Shown: piece by piece, positions 24,090 to 37,675 of the stretch
Position numbering within the stretch: position 1 is the first letter of the stretch
How the letters are laid out: each line of letters opens with the position of its first letter
Made by a program: the position numbers and the translations under genes
Notes under the pieces: generated by a model
The model's database searches: none
What the model was told of the DNA's origin: nothing
What the model saw: the letters and a program-made list of their open reading frames with translations, nothing else
DNA from: Podarcis melisellensis
Lineage: Eukaryota
Direction: 5' to 3' (one strand)
Length of the DNA stretch: 64,000 nt
Assembly: GCA_964234715.1 (NCBI GenBank)
Contig: OZ174281.1

Positions 24090-25949
24090 ATTTTAAATTC
24101 TTACCTGGAAGACCACTGGGTGTCAGTCACGTCCATTGCTACTGAGTGGTTTGCTCAAGCAAAATGGCTTGTCAGTGAAATAAAGGACATAATTTTGATG
24201 AGTCAGAAACTCTGTCAGCAAGGTTGCTTCCTGAGTTGTTCTTCAGAATTGAAAATGCTTACAAACATTAAGCGATTCAATGAGAGTAATGTTTTAGGTG
24301 TGTTCTAATTACTACAATGTTTTATACCACTTTTTAAAATGAAAACTACAAGGATAGCAATCCTTCGAACTCTAACAAGCCTTGGTATTCTGGAAGCTTA
24401 TGTGGACAAATGATCCTGCAAAATGGATGTATTATTATTATTTTTTGTAGAAAAGGAAGTTAATTATTTGTCACAGTATTCATTAAAATTAGAAAACAGT
24501 TTTCAAGAAAATGTATTTTTGAATGTGTAGTGAATTGCTCTTCTAAGATTATAACATTTATTAATCACAGCAATAATTACAATCCTAAACTCAAATAATT
24601 TTTATTCTGTAACTCTTTAGCCTGAGTTTGGAAAGCTCATCCACATTTGGAGCTGCTGCTTCCCTCCCATAAGCAGTTTGTACCAGAACCTCAATGGAAT
24701 TTTTTTTTAAGAAAAATTGTTCCACTACAGCTAACTGGCGTCATGCACACATAACGCAAAGCCACTAACCCAGACTGGTGCTGACTTCCATTTCTGCACC
24801 AGTTTAAAACAGGACTAATTACTCAAGCATTTGAGAATAAAGTAAATACAATTCTGTTGGTTTAACATTCACTGCTTTTAACTATTTCTTGCTGTTACTA
24901 TAGATTGTTATAGGTGCTAAAGGTGTACCTCACTCTGAGATGATTGTGATGAATGGTGGGTTATACATATTTAAAATAAATAGCCATAGTTAGTTAAATT
25001 AGGTTCTGCATAAGATGTCTGCTGGTGCATGCAGTTGAAGTACTCCCACTTTGCTCCTTCTTACACTAAGTGGAGAGGAAAAACACTGAGTGGTTATCTT
25101 AGTGTTACATCTGAAGCAACATTTATGGCTTATTTCGCCAAACAAACCACAAACAGAAACCCAAGAACAAATTTTGACTTCTTCAGATAGTGGTTTTCAG
25201 AGAAGCGAACCACAGATGCTGGTCTGGACGAAATGCCAAGGTTGTTGTTCTGTGGTTTGCTTCCTTGCTTGAGGAAAGGAGAAGCAACTGTGGTAATGTC
25301 CAATAATAGCTGACACACCCACGTAAAACTGCACAAGCAGTACCCTCCCTGCCCGCCATTCGCAGCTTTGTGGAGCCCTCATTATAAACTATCACAGAAC
25401 CTACAGAGCTCCCATAAACAAACATTCTGTTCAGGTTTCTGTGGTGGTGGAGTTACTAAGTAAATAGATCATTAATGGAAAGCAGCCGTCCCTGAAGAAC
25501 AGCTTGCCTCCACTACCATTCTGTCCCATGCAATGTGCCGCTGCAGTGAATTTAGAGTATCATTCCAAGTTTCCATAGGACAGGATTTTGTGGTCTTGCA
25601 CATCACTTTCCTTTTGCATGGATGAATATTGCACCCTGGAGCAGTTCATGGTTTAAAAGTATATAACACACACATGTCCATATGTTCTACATGAATGTGA
25701 AATGTACCTACAGCTCTTCCACGTGTGCAAGAACTCTGACTTTCTCACAGTTCCTGATCACATGGAAGGTTTCAAACTAATGCTGAACACATAGATAAAA
25801 GGGGGCATGGCCAGCAGATATACAGACAGTCAATGGCGGTGACAGCTTGTACAGACTTGTTCCTTTCTGTGTTGTGTGAATGTGGAGTAGCGGACGTGAT
25901 TCTTTTGCTTCAAATATACATGGTTGTAAGATAGGTGTCTTAACAATTC

Positions 25950-26122
25950 TCCATCTATCCCAGTATCACCAACTCTGACTGACAGCAGCTACCCAGCCTC
26001 CCAAGAAGAACTCCTTCTCACTACCTACTACCCAATTGTTTTAACTGCATGTGTCAGTGTCTGACCCTGGCACCTTCTCCATGCAAAATAGGTGCTCTAC
26101 TATTGAGCTATGTTCCCTTCCC
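25950..26122 (-). mobile_element. Degenerate Squam3-type SINE
   Basis: gaccctggcaccttctccatgcaaaataggtgctctactattgagcta, the reverse complement of a tRNA head. Confidence 0.55.
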
Positions 26123-28704
26123 AATGTAGTGCGTTTTCTCCCTTTTCGTATTTTATTACACAGAAAGCAGTATCATAGCACTTTAAGCAGTCATTACTTC
26201 ACCCAAAGAATCCTGGGAACTGCAGTTTGTCAAAGGTGTCGAAAGTTGTTTGGAGACCCCTTTTCCCCTCACAGAGTGGTTTAACAATCAATCCCTCTCC
26301 CCAGGGAACTCTGTGATAGAGTTTTGTCATACAGCACTAGTGAAGACATAGCCATTATCCAAAAGCTGGTAGTGACATTTGTACTACCAACATTCTGCAC
26401 AGCTCTCCAGACTACAGTGACCCTACTAACAGAGGAAAGGATACAACAAACTGAGATTGGAATGCAGGGACCATGCAAGATTTCCCAAGTAGAATTTATT
26501 CCTTGAGAAAATATACCTCCATTGCATTCAACAAATTAGCACAACTACACAATTGTTGCCAAAAAAAGCTGATAAGGAGCAAACTCTGTGGGCTTTTCTA
26601 GGTTATTTTCCCTTATATATTGCCATGAATTTAAGAGTGCAACCTTATGAATATTTTTTTTGGCCCCACTACATTCATTGGAGCTTACTCCCTAGTGCTA
26701 CCTAAGTTTCTTTGAAGGCTTTCCTGATGCACCTTTAAAAGCCTCCTTTTCTCTGTGAATTTCTAAAACAGAGCTAAAGATAGTGGCAACTTTCAGATAA
26801 AGGTTTTCTAACTTTTGGGTATCTGTATGCTTCAGTTTCCATTTCTTTTGTTCTCAAAGCATTGTGAGAACCTCATTTCCCTAGCCTGTTTGCAATGAAA
26901 ATGTTGACCTTTTACTCTTTATATATAAATACCATCTTCCTAACATTCTTAATAGTTAACTGATTTTCTAATACTGTGATTTCTATATAAATGTTAATTG
27001 CTTGTGCTAGATGTTACCATTATAATGTAAACCATCAGGACTTCAGTGAAAGTGAGATTGCTATAAAAAAATGTTGTGTCCTATATTATTCTTGCAGAGA
27101 GAGAATCAACTTTCCCTGATATTTTTGCATTCTTTTTATTGCCATATTTAAGAGCCAGGTAGATGAGATCCATGATAAGACATCCAATCTTTTACATTTT
27201 TGTAAGAAGCATATATACAGTTGAGGTTCAAATGGTAATTGCAGTACTGGGTGTGGTGGTGGATTAACTCTTTTCCTCTAGGCCGTTTCCCCCTCAAAGC
27301 TACCGTATTTGTCCCATTGCAATTTACATGTGTAAAATGACAAGGAGAGAAAGACTAAATGCTTTTACCCTGGTGTCTGAGTCTCAGTATGAATTGCCAC
27401 CCTCTGGCATGGCTTACCAACGAAACAAAACAAAAAAGTAAAGAAATTGAGGGGGGGTAACCTCTGTCTGGGCTGCACTACCATAGACTGTAATTTGCAT
27501 CTCATGCAGATAAAACAAACTAAACAAAATGATAAGGAGAACATTCTCTCCCCCCCCTCACCTTCCTTTCTGACGTGCTACTTTTCTGTGTGAATATAAG
27601 TTTACCACCAAATATCTATCTTCCTCAAATATTACTCTTTCCAGAGAAGGGAAGTGAATCAAAGATAGAATTTTCTGCCTAAGCTTCTTAAGACTGCTGT
27701 ACTGAAGAACTCACTTATCCATGTCAATTGTGTATTAGGAAAAAGAAGAATAAGTTATTTAATTATATTAATTATTTGCTTCCTTTCAGCCTCTCTACAT
27801 GAAATTCAGGTCAGCATTTAGAGGGTCGTTTTCTGTTGGTAGGGATAGTAGAAGTGGAGTTTTGCAGAAAAAGCACACAGACAGTACAGACTCACAGAAA
27901 TCTCAATCTAGTCTCCCAAATTCCATTTCAGCCTATATTTAGCCATGTAAACAAACCTTAGTACATTCCCATTAGCTACATTTGATTAATTTGGAAATCC
28001 CATATACTGAGAGAACTAATACAAGAATATTGTTATATAATACTGAAATGCATATATTCTTATAAGAATATAAGGAGTGGCATGCCATCCTTTGGGAAAG
28101 CAGCGGACAAACTACAGTGTCATTTCTAAGGATGTACACATGCTTCTTTGTAGTCACTGCAGGTGGTGGCATTCTGCCACATGTATTTGGGGAAAGAGAT
28201 ACATTCCTGCAGCCCTTTTCTACATTGTTGCAGATGCAATTAATCCCTTTACTGCACTATATTGTATGCGTCTAGTGGCCCTGGGTAGGCATGTGCATTC
28301 CTGGGTGGGAATGTATCAGACACATCCATTAATATCAGTGAACACCAGATGCGTATCGTGATGCACATCTATAATGGCTGCACACACAAATCTCCCTTGC
28401 TGAATCAGGCCATTCATGTGCAGCTTAGCCAATTGCTTCACTGCATTTTTTTAATTCAGAAAAGGAACACATAAGAACTGTTTTCCTTTCACTCATTGTA
28501 CAGTAATTTCTTTGCACATTATTATTATTAGTAGAAGTAGTATTAGTAGTAGTATTGGTCCTTAGGCATACAAAGCATATGCAGTATTCTGTACAGTGCA
28601 ACAGAATACAACTCTAGTAAAAATGAATCTTATTGAGAAGTTTTGGAATGAAATCATAGCTTTATAAATGGTTTGTAATGTTAATAAAAAATGTCTCCCT
28701 TTAG

Positions 28705-28854
28705 AAATCTCTGGAGTTTTCAGAGGATGAAAATCTGCGTTTAGCGCAAGAATATCAGATGCTTCAGTTATGCTATCTAAATGACAAAAATGAACTTGCA
28801 GACTTCTATGATCATAAAGTTAGAGCTGAATCAAGATTAAGAGACCAGCAGCAG
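28705..28854 (+). CDS. CCDC178: Internal coding exon (150 bp, phase 0/0) of coiled-coil domain-containing protein 178, C-terminal region
   Basis: Acceptor tctccctttAG at 28704 and donor CAG|GTATGA at 28855. The exon has 50 open codons, KSLEFSEDENLRLAQEYQMLQLCYLNDKNELADFYDHKVRAESRLRDQQQ, which match my recollection of mammalian CCDC178 (...EENLRLAQEYQQLQ...YDKQLSLDTSIRDKKQ). It is not in the ORF track. Confidence 0.85.
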
Positions 28855-29461
28855 GTATGATAATAATGGGTTCGGTTTCTTAATTGCTTATTTTCTATTT
28901 GCTAATTAGTACTGTTTAACAATGTTTTCAAATAAGTTGTTAAGTTCCTGGAACATCCTATGTGATGTCTTCCATGTCTTCCTTCTTTATATTTTCCATC
29001 CTGTACATTTTTCCTTCTTTACTTTAACAAAAGTATTTTTCTATCGAGGATCTTCAAAATCTTATCATTCATTCCGTTTGGTGTTTGCATGCCTTTTTGC
29101 GTAGATCATGCTCTGCTTTAATGTTTCTATAGAAGTAGCATATTGTTTAATGCACGACAAATGACTTGCTCTAACAGAGAGCCATACAGAAAGCGAAAAC
29201 TAGTAAGTGCGGAAAATTCTTCTACATTCATATCTCTTCCTGGATGAAGATTCATGCATGCAAATGAGTGGATTCCCTAGCCCGATGCAGCAGCTAAGGC
29301 TTTGTGCATTTCTCAGATAATCAGCAATAGTGAGTCACTAGTGCTTTCTGCACCATAGGAAAAAGTGGGTTGGAAGCAGGGTTTTGGGTAGAAAGGTAGT
29401 AAGAAACGAAAAAGAGGCAAAAGAAAGCTTAAACTACCTGCTCCCATTCATTGCTCCTCTA

Positions 29462-29694
29462 CAGTGGTTACAGAAGCTTCAGGTTACAGATGCCTCAGGT
29501 TACAGACTCCGCTAACCCAGAAATAGTACCTCGGGTTAAGAGCTTTGCTTCAGAATGAGAACAGAAATCGTGCAGCAGCGGCGCAGCAGCAGCGGGAGGC
29601 CCCATTAGCTAAAGTGGTGCTTCTGGTTAAGCAAGGTTTCAGGTTAAGAACAGACCTCCAGAACGAATTAGGTTCTTAACCCGAGGTACCACTG
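29462..29694 (-). mobile_element. Tc1/mariner MITE (same family as 17128)
   Basis: Reverse-complement homolog with TA TSDs; left TIR partly deleted. Confidence 0.9.
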
Positions 29695-29741
29695 TACTAC
29701 TGGGGGGGTGACACCCTTCCCCCACTGTTTCACAGCTGTCC

Positions 29742-29853
29742 AATGTTGGATGGCCATCTGTCATGGATACTTTAGCTGAGATTCCTGCATTGCAGGGGGT
29801 TGGACTAGATGACCATTGGGTCCCTTCGAACTCTAAGATTCTATGATTCTGTG
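29742..29853 (+). mobile_element. CR1 LINE 3' end
   Basis: GGGTTGGACTAGATGACC...CCCTTCGAACTC with an ATTCTATG octamer tail. Confidence 0.85.
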
Positions 29854-32800
29854 ACCCAGCTTCATAGCCTCAGATATATTGTCAAACAATATGCTTCAGT
29901 CCACAGTCAGGTGAGGCATGGTATTCAGCACGAGTGCTGATTTGTGATGAAATGGTCCTCTGATTACTGTACTATACACTGAAATCATACGCAGTTCAAC
30001 ACCACAAGAATTTCAAATACAGGGTGAGGAACCCATCAAGCACTGCTTTGCTGAGGATTCATAATATCCCAATCACCTAATAACCTACATCGCATCACAT
30101 TACACTGAAATGTTTGTATAACTCTGTATTAAGTAGATCAACGAGGGAAGTTCTTTCTGGAAAACAATGATCGCAACTTTGCAAAATAGTACGTATAAGG
30201 AATTTAGAAATCATATTAAGAAACAGATCTACTCAGATGTGGCAAATTTCTCCTGTCAAAAAGTGAAATTATTATGCAAGGTAATTTGCTTGGAATTATT
30301 TTTTTGCTGAAAATTCCCATTATAGACTTGACTTGTTGGCCATCATTGCAGCATTCCAAGAGGCCACATGATGGGCTACACATGTACTGGAACTTCTGAC
30401 TTTCATTTCGTAACAGCAACCCATGCATTTCTTAGAACTTGAGCTTGTGCACTTGCGGTGTCTCAAAAGCCGTCTGTGATACTGCTTGAGATGCTGTTGG
30501 AAAATGAAAGGTCAGAAGCTTCACTGTACACATGCAGACACTTGCTTTTTGCAGGATGAGCCCTCTGGCTCAAGCACCATATAAAGACTTGCTTTGATTT
30601 GTTAGGATTGGTGTTCATAATGGGTCCAAGATGCCAAAGGGCTGTCACAGCCTTTAATAAGATCAAATTGCATGTGACTATCACCACTGCATAACTGTGA
30701 AAAATCAATGAAAATTGATCAGGAAAGAAACTAAAGATGTAACAGGCCAGAGGTATAAAACAATTTAAAAATCTAAAGTGGGAGGTTGTTTAAAATTATC
30801 CTTTCTGTGTGCAACTGTATAGGATAATTGGAAGAGGCTAGTGTATGTATCACAAGGTGCGTAGTCTTTCACTCTATATTAATATGCTTTATGAGAATCT
30901 TGACTGGTTTTTGGAAAAAATATGAAGAACTGCACTACTAAAAATCTTAAGGAAATTTGTACAGTCTTTGTGTGCATTCTTCTTATGCACCAGAAGGTAC
31001 ATCAACCAAGAAAGCATGGCTATTTAAGGATCCAAATTGGATAATTACAAAGGTAGCTGAAAAATTCTTTTGATAATGTAATTATACACACAAAATCAGC
31101 ACATAAATAATATTTGTACTAATTACAGTAGAACAAGAAATGAAACTGGTTATATACTGCTCCTATTAAAAGGTGTGTTTTTCTTCAGATTTTTGCTAAT
31201 AAGTGACTTACAACTGCAACAGAAAATCAATTTTGTGGGAGTATCACTGTAATGATTTTTGTAGTTGCTTACTGCACATATACATCACAGTGACATGAAT
31301 GTTCAGGGAGAAAATCACTCTATGTTCACCCTTTCCCAGATGCACAGAGTTGTCTTCCTTAAAAAATACATGATCAAAATTAGGTTTCAATTTCATTTTG
31401 TATGACTCAATATTTGAATGCTGACATACTCATTTTAGATGGATGGGGGCTCATCTCTGCTGTGAAACTCTTTTGTGACTTTATTTGCATTGTTGAAGCT
31501 GCATCAGGAATACTTCTCTTTGTCACCTCTCCCTCCATTTTGTGTATGGTTCAGCTTTCTATTGTGCATGGTCCACACTTCCTACCATCATATACCAGTA
31601 CAGAGAATGAGGATCAGGTATAGTGTATAAAGCAGCCAATGTAGAAAAACAAGTAGATGAAAGGATATGAGCTAGTTGGAGGAGGGAAGACAAAGATCAG
31701 GCTATGAACAAAGAGAAAGGCAGTTGGAATGGTGAGACAAGAAATAGTGAAGAAAATATTCCAATTCTAGTCTTGGTTGTAATGATTACAGGGATACTAA
31801 TATTGTATGGCACACATTTCATATGAATTTTCTTTTGCTCAAAGTCTTCTCTTCAGTTTTTTCAGAGTGGTGGCCATAGTANNNNNNNNNNNNNNNNNNN
31901 NNNNNNNNNNNNNNNNNNNNNNNNNNNNNNNNNNNNNNNNNNNNNNNNNNNNNNNNNNNNNNNNNNNNNNNNNNNNNNNNNNNNNNNNNNNNNNNNNNNN
32001 NNNNNNNNNNNNNGTGCAATGATCCTTACTGTAGTTTCATATTAGAATCAAAAGACTGCACTGGCATGCTTGATACAAAAAGTATTGCAGATCGAGAGAA
32101 CATCTCAAGCTTTTGCATATAACAAAATTTAGTTTCACTTAAAAATCCTTATTCAAAGCTCTCTTATTAAATCTTTCCCATTTTTCATCTACCTTTCTCT
32201 ACCTCTGCTTGTTAACTGAACTGTATTTATATAATAATCTAGCTAAGAAACCCACAGTTACCTCTAACGGCACTACACAATGTATTCATTGCAGTATTAA
32301 TCAGTGCTGAGTCTTTTTTTTTGTCCTTTTGTTTAGTGCTACTGTATACACTAAAAGTTTATTATACCCCAAAACATCCTTTATATTCTTTCAATAAAGA
32401 AATGCTCTAGAAATTAACACCAGAATATAGTGAATTAAACAGAAGGAAGTGCTGTAGACAATAGAGTATTGCTTATGTTACTGTGATCCACGCTTCCATT
32501 TGGCATGGGTCTGAGAGGTTTTTCTTCCATCCCCGTCCCCCCTGCTGCTTTCTCCAGGAAAACCCACTGCTAACTGCTGCATCAAACCAAATGTCAATAA
32601 GCTTTTCTGCAGATTGATATTTTCCCCATTCAGTGGTTTACCCCAAAAAAGTGGCAGGACACAAGTAAAAACCTATTGGACCCATGCTTAGAAGTCACAG
32701 ACCAAACTGAATAAACCACAGGACATAGGGGAGTATGAATAGAGGCAGAGCTAGCTGTCCACCCAGGGGTGGGGTGAGTGTCCCAGGCGGGCGGGCGGGG

Positions 32801-32947
32801 GGCGATGTCAGCATCCCTCAGCGATGACACCCGGGGTGGACCGCACCCCCCGCACCCCCTTCCTCCACGAGTGAGTGTGGATGAGCCCAGAGAGATCCCT
32901 ATGTCCCTACATCTGGTATGGGCAGAGAAACGAGGAGGCATGGTAAT

Positions 32948-33064
32948 TGTTGTTGTTTAGTCGTTTAGTCGTGTCTGACTCTTCGTGACCCCATGGACCA
33001 GAGCACGCCAGGCACTCCTGTCTTCCAGCGTCACAACTTTTGTCTTTGTCCATGGAGTTTTCTT
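32948..33064 (-). mobile_element. Short bipartite BovB derivative (Bov-A-like)
   Basis: 11-bp TSD GGCATGGTAAT; the last ~80 nt of BovB fused to a segment that also occurs at 39700-39731. Confidence 0.8.
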
Positions 33065-33955
33065 GGCATGGTAATACTGTCAGATTAAAATAGTTTAAAC
33101 AGCAGCCTTCTTGAGTGCTGTTAAAAGGTTTAAAATAGGTATAACAAAATACTCCTGAATCTGAGTTTCCCTTGTTTCAACCCATCTTTAAAAATATGGT
33201 TGAAATTGACTGGCTTGGAGGTTATCTATAGAAACAAATATTTTAATAGAATGTTGGCTGGTTTTGAAAAGAGATACCAGGTGGTGACTTTGTATTTTTT
33301 GCTTATTTACAGTATTTCCAATCCTTACAAACCACTTTTTAAACAGTAAAACATCCCAAGTGGTTTGTATGTATTTTATTGAAAATTTCTTAAACTGTGG
33401 CAATGATCGAAGTAGGAAAGATAATTTACAATGCAATCTTATGCATGTCTTTGCAGAAATAAGTCCCATTTAGTTCAATAAGTTCAATAAGGCTTACTTC
33501 CAGGTAAATATGCATGTCTTTAGAGCCATTAGGAGTGCAGGGAAACTGCTAAGCATCATGACACGCACAACTCTGAAAAAAGTAATTATATATTAATCCA
33601 GAGAACACTTGGTCCCTTTCCCACTTATTTTCTACAAATATATTCCTTTGAACATTTGGCTTTTGTAAAAGACACTTTCTTGTGAGCATTTCAAGGGAGA
33701 AGTATTAATATAGAGTGGTCTTTGAAGTTTTGAAAAAAGGTAGGTAACACCCTTAATTTGTTGCACATGTAGAATGCAAAGAAGGGTTGAATAAACCAAA
33801 ATTCACTTTCATTCCACTTTTTATACAGAAAAGAATTTATCTTAATACACTGACTCTTGCATGATTGCACAGATGAATCCAAACTTAATAATTGCATCCT
33901 GTGATCCTTGACTGTATTAGAAAAGAAACTCTGCTTGAGCCATCTCCCACTACTG

Positions 33956-33957
<2 letters not shown>

Positions 33958-33998
<41 letters not shown>

Positions 33999-34028
33999 CG
34001 TATACATACATACATACATACATACACA
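33958..34028. repeat. (CA)n + (TACA)n compound microsatellite
   Basis: Directly visible. Confidence 0.95.
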
Positions 34029-35054
34029 TTAATCTAAAATTTATGGTCAACTACTGCTACCATTTGAGATGGGTTACAGCCTACTATTTCACCCTATTAT
34101 AGTGTTCATTCTGTTTTCCTACAACATTTTCTTTAAAATCCTGTTCATGCCAGGTTATCACATGTGATCTTCTTTACTCTTCCCCTCACCAACAACATAG
34201 GCGTCTTCAAGCATTTAGAATCTGTAGCTATCGAGAATGACGGCTCCCCACATTAAATGGGGGGCGCCCTTTGCGTGGTCGCGCACAGCCCCCTGGACCC
34301 TATGTGGCACCATTAGCGCAGGCTTGGCTTCGCCTTCCCCCAGTGTTTGAAATGTTTGAAAACTTAAGTTTGAAAATGTGAGATTTATGAATTTGGAACT
34401 TTCAACTAAATTTCCATCGGCATACTCAGACTTGTAATATGTTATGGGAGGCCATACAAAAACATTTTAGGAGCCACAATCAAACCACAAGCCTTTCTTT
34501 GGCAACCCATGATTTAAATGAGGAAATGATGAAGTGAAAAGTAAAACACCATTAGGGGTATTTATCATATTTGCTGTACTTTAAAGACACTATTTTGACC
34601 TGTCAGAAGGATATAGGTAAAGTCATGGCATCTTTTCACAATCTGTGCTTGTTAGAAATTTTGGAATGTACTTTCTGTCAGGACACATATATCTCGGGAG
34701 TGTAGAACCATATGGATAGTTCTCAGATGAGATTGAGGACTGATATTTTAAAACTGTTGGAATATATAAAAATATGCTGTTCTAGTCAGCTTCTGATTAA
34801 AATATACACTTGACTGGAGAAGTTGCTCTGAAACGGATAGTCATATGGCTCTTACAACTGTAGAAAACCTTACATGCAATTCTTACTTGATTGACAGGCA
34901 GAGTTTCATAGATGATGATGGCGACATGGTCTAAAGCCTACATGATGATAGTATGGTTTCCCAATGTGATTTTAGATATATTGCTTCCCAAATGATGGAG
35001 AAAGTGTGTGCTGGAGTAAATAGGTTGTGTTAAAAGCAGCTGTTAGATATTATA

Positions 35055-35230
35055 GGGAAGGGCCGTAGTTCAGTAGCAGAGCTCATGCTTTGTATGCAGA
35101 AGTTCCCAGGGTCAGTTTCTGGCTGCATCTTCAGAGAGGGCCTATAAAGACTCCTGTCTGTAACCCTGGAGAACCACTGCCAGTCAGCATAGATAAATAA
35201 GTGAGCTAGATGGGCCATGGTCTGATTTGG
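35055..35230 (+). mobile_element. Squam3-type tRNA-derived SINE
   Basis: GGGAAGGGCCGTAGTTCAGTAGCAGAGC head; ACCCTGGAGAACCACTGCCAGTCAG body; GAGCTAGATGG..TGGTCTGA tail. Confidence 0.8.
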
Positions 35231-35540
35231 GATGTTTCTATTAACCTGTGTTCTTAATTATAATTTATTTAATGGGGGATTATAGGATGTAGGGTTTTTA
35301 TTCTTAATCCAGCCTCTTTCAGTTCAGTGAAAGTTTGGGGGAGGATATTTCCAGCATAAGAGAGGGATGAAAGAGATGGATGGGGGAAAGAGAATGGCAA
35401 AATGGTCTAAAGAAAGAGAACCTTAATGATTGAATAAAGAACAAATCAGTCAATTTCCAGGTATATAACTCTTAAATTGCCGCTGGGTAGGATATAAACT
35501 GAATGAAATGATAATTTGCATCCTGATCCTAAACGTACTA

Positions 35541-35859
35541 AAGGTAAAGGTAAAGGTATCCCTGCCCATACGAGCCAGTCTTGACAGACTCTAGGGTTGT
35601 GCGCTCATCTCACTCTAGAGGCCGGGAGCCAGCTCTGTCCGCAGACACTTCCGGGTCACGTGGCCAGCGTGAAATGCCATTTACCTTCCCTATTTCTCTA
35701 TTTATCTACTTGCACCCAGGGGTGCTTTCGAACTGCTAGGTTGGCAGGCACTGGGACCGAGCAGCGGGAGCGCACCCCACCTTGGGGATTCGAACCGCCA
35801 ACCATGAGATCGGCAAGTCCTAGGCGCTGATGTTTTACCCACAGCGCCACCCGCGTCCC
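35541..35859 (-). mobile_element. Sauria SINE with internal deletion
   Basis: 15-bp TSD ATCCTAAACGTACTA (35526-35540, 35860-35874). Confidence 0.94.
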
Positions 35860-37675
35860 ATCCTAAACGTACTACAGGCATGCAATTCCCTTTGGATTCC
35901 ATGGGTATCATCTCTCATGTTTAGAATTAGGACATTGGAGGAATGGAAAAGGGCAGAGACCTACTACTCAACTTCCCTCTCATGGTGTCACTTAGTACTA
36001 CAGTAAAATATATTTTTACTGCTGTAGGAGAAAACCTTGAGTTTATATGCAAATATATCTTATATCCTTTTCTGATGTTCTCCACATTTTTTACAAATAG
36101 ATTTGTTTGTATCACTTGTCTATCTAAAAATATGTATGTGCGAGTCAAGCTGTTTGTCTTTTGATAAGCATGAAGAGATTACATCCCTTTTACACAGGCA
36201 TTCGAAACTAAGCAAAATATCTAACTTTCTTCTTCTTCTTTGCCCTCCCTTTTCTTTCCTTTTAATAGCCTGTCTTGGTTCTCTAGTTATAGCGCAGATG
36301 CACCTAAAGTTTGCTAGAAACATTTGCCATTAGCCTCCTTTAAAAAAAATTAAATTCGAGGATAATCCTACCTCCAGAGCTTATTCTGTTCCTGGCCATT
36401 GACTGTGACAGTGAAAGGCTCATCTGNNNNNNNNNNNNNNNNNNNNNNNNNNNNNNNNNNNNNNNNNNNNNNNNNNNNNNNNNNNNNNNNNNNNNNNNNN
36501 NNNNNNNNNNNNNNNNNNNNNNNNNNNNNNNNNNNNNNNNNNNNNNNNNNNNNNNNNNNNNNNNNNAACCAAATTGCTTAAAAACCCATTTGAATACACA
36601 GCTGCCTTATGTTGCATACTAATTTGATTAAAACGTTTGTGCCTCACCAGCATTTTATATAAAATACACTGGTAAATCTAACAAAATGCATTCGGATATT
36701 CCCCCCCCCCTCCCAATTTATCAGTGCAAAACAAAACAGAGTGGCCAAGAAATACCCCTGGACAGAGCAAAACCATGTTGCATTAATGGAAGATACTAAA
36801 CTGGTTTTCTTGCTGTATTTGTTTGCTCACAGCTATGGGCATTGTGCCAACCTCATTGAAAATAACTGCATTAGTCAAGTGTATCGAAATTATTACAACA
36901 CAGAGTCCATCTCAGCTATTGCTGTTGAAACATTTTGTGAGTCTTCACTAGAAGACATTTGTTTGAAGAGTAAGCTTTGCATAAATTCAAGTCTACTTTG
37001 ATTTTCCACAATTTTGAAACTATTGTCTTTTCCATTCTGCATTGCTTGCTTCAGCTTTTTCTTTTTAAAAAACATAACTATAATACCTTGGAGTAGGTTT
37101 CATAATAAATATTTTTTTTCTCCTCTTAATATTGTGCATGGAGACATAAATAGATACTCTGTTTCAAGGCAATTTACCTGCATGATCAGAAAGCCAGTCT
37201 TAGTAACAGGAGAATACACTTAGTAACAGGAGTGTAACCTAAATTTTAGTACGTAGCATTTAGTGAAGTGTCATAAGATGCCAATAAACCTGCATTTCAA
37301 AAATATTCCATGTGATTTTGACAAAACACAGCCCTTCTCAATATACTTATTGTATGGAGAAATCACACTTGTGATTCGGGCCTATTTTGGATATAGTCCA
37401 GCCACTTATTGTTGCTTGAAGCTCTTATTTTTAAAGTCCCACAGATGCCCAAATATACAAGGTTTATGAAGTCTTTGGTATGTACTTATACATGGCTATG
37501 TAACTTCTGTTTTTTAAAATTATGTAAACTTGGTTTACGAGTGGTTCAGACATTACTTGGCCAGCACAATTCTACTAAAGGTGAAACCAATCAAAAATGA
37601 GCCTTAAATTTATAAGCTCCTTTTCTGACTTGGTACTCCTTTCCTATCTCCATCCTGCAGTGACCCAAAAGCTGT

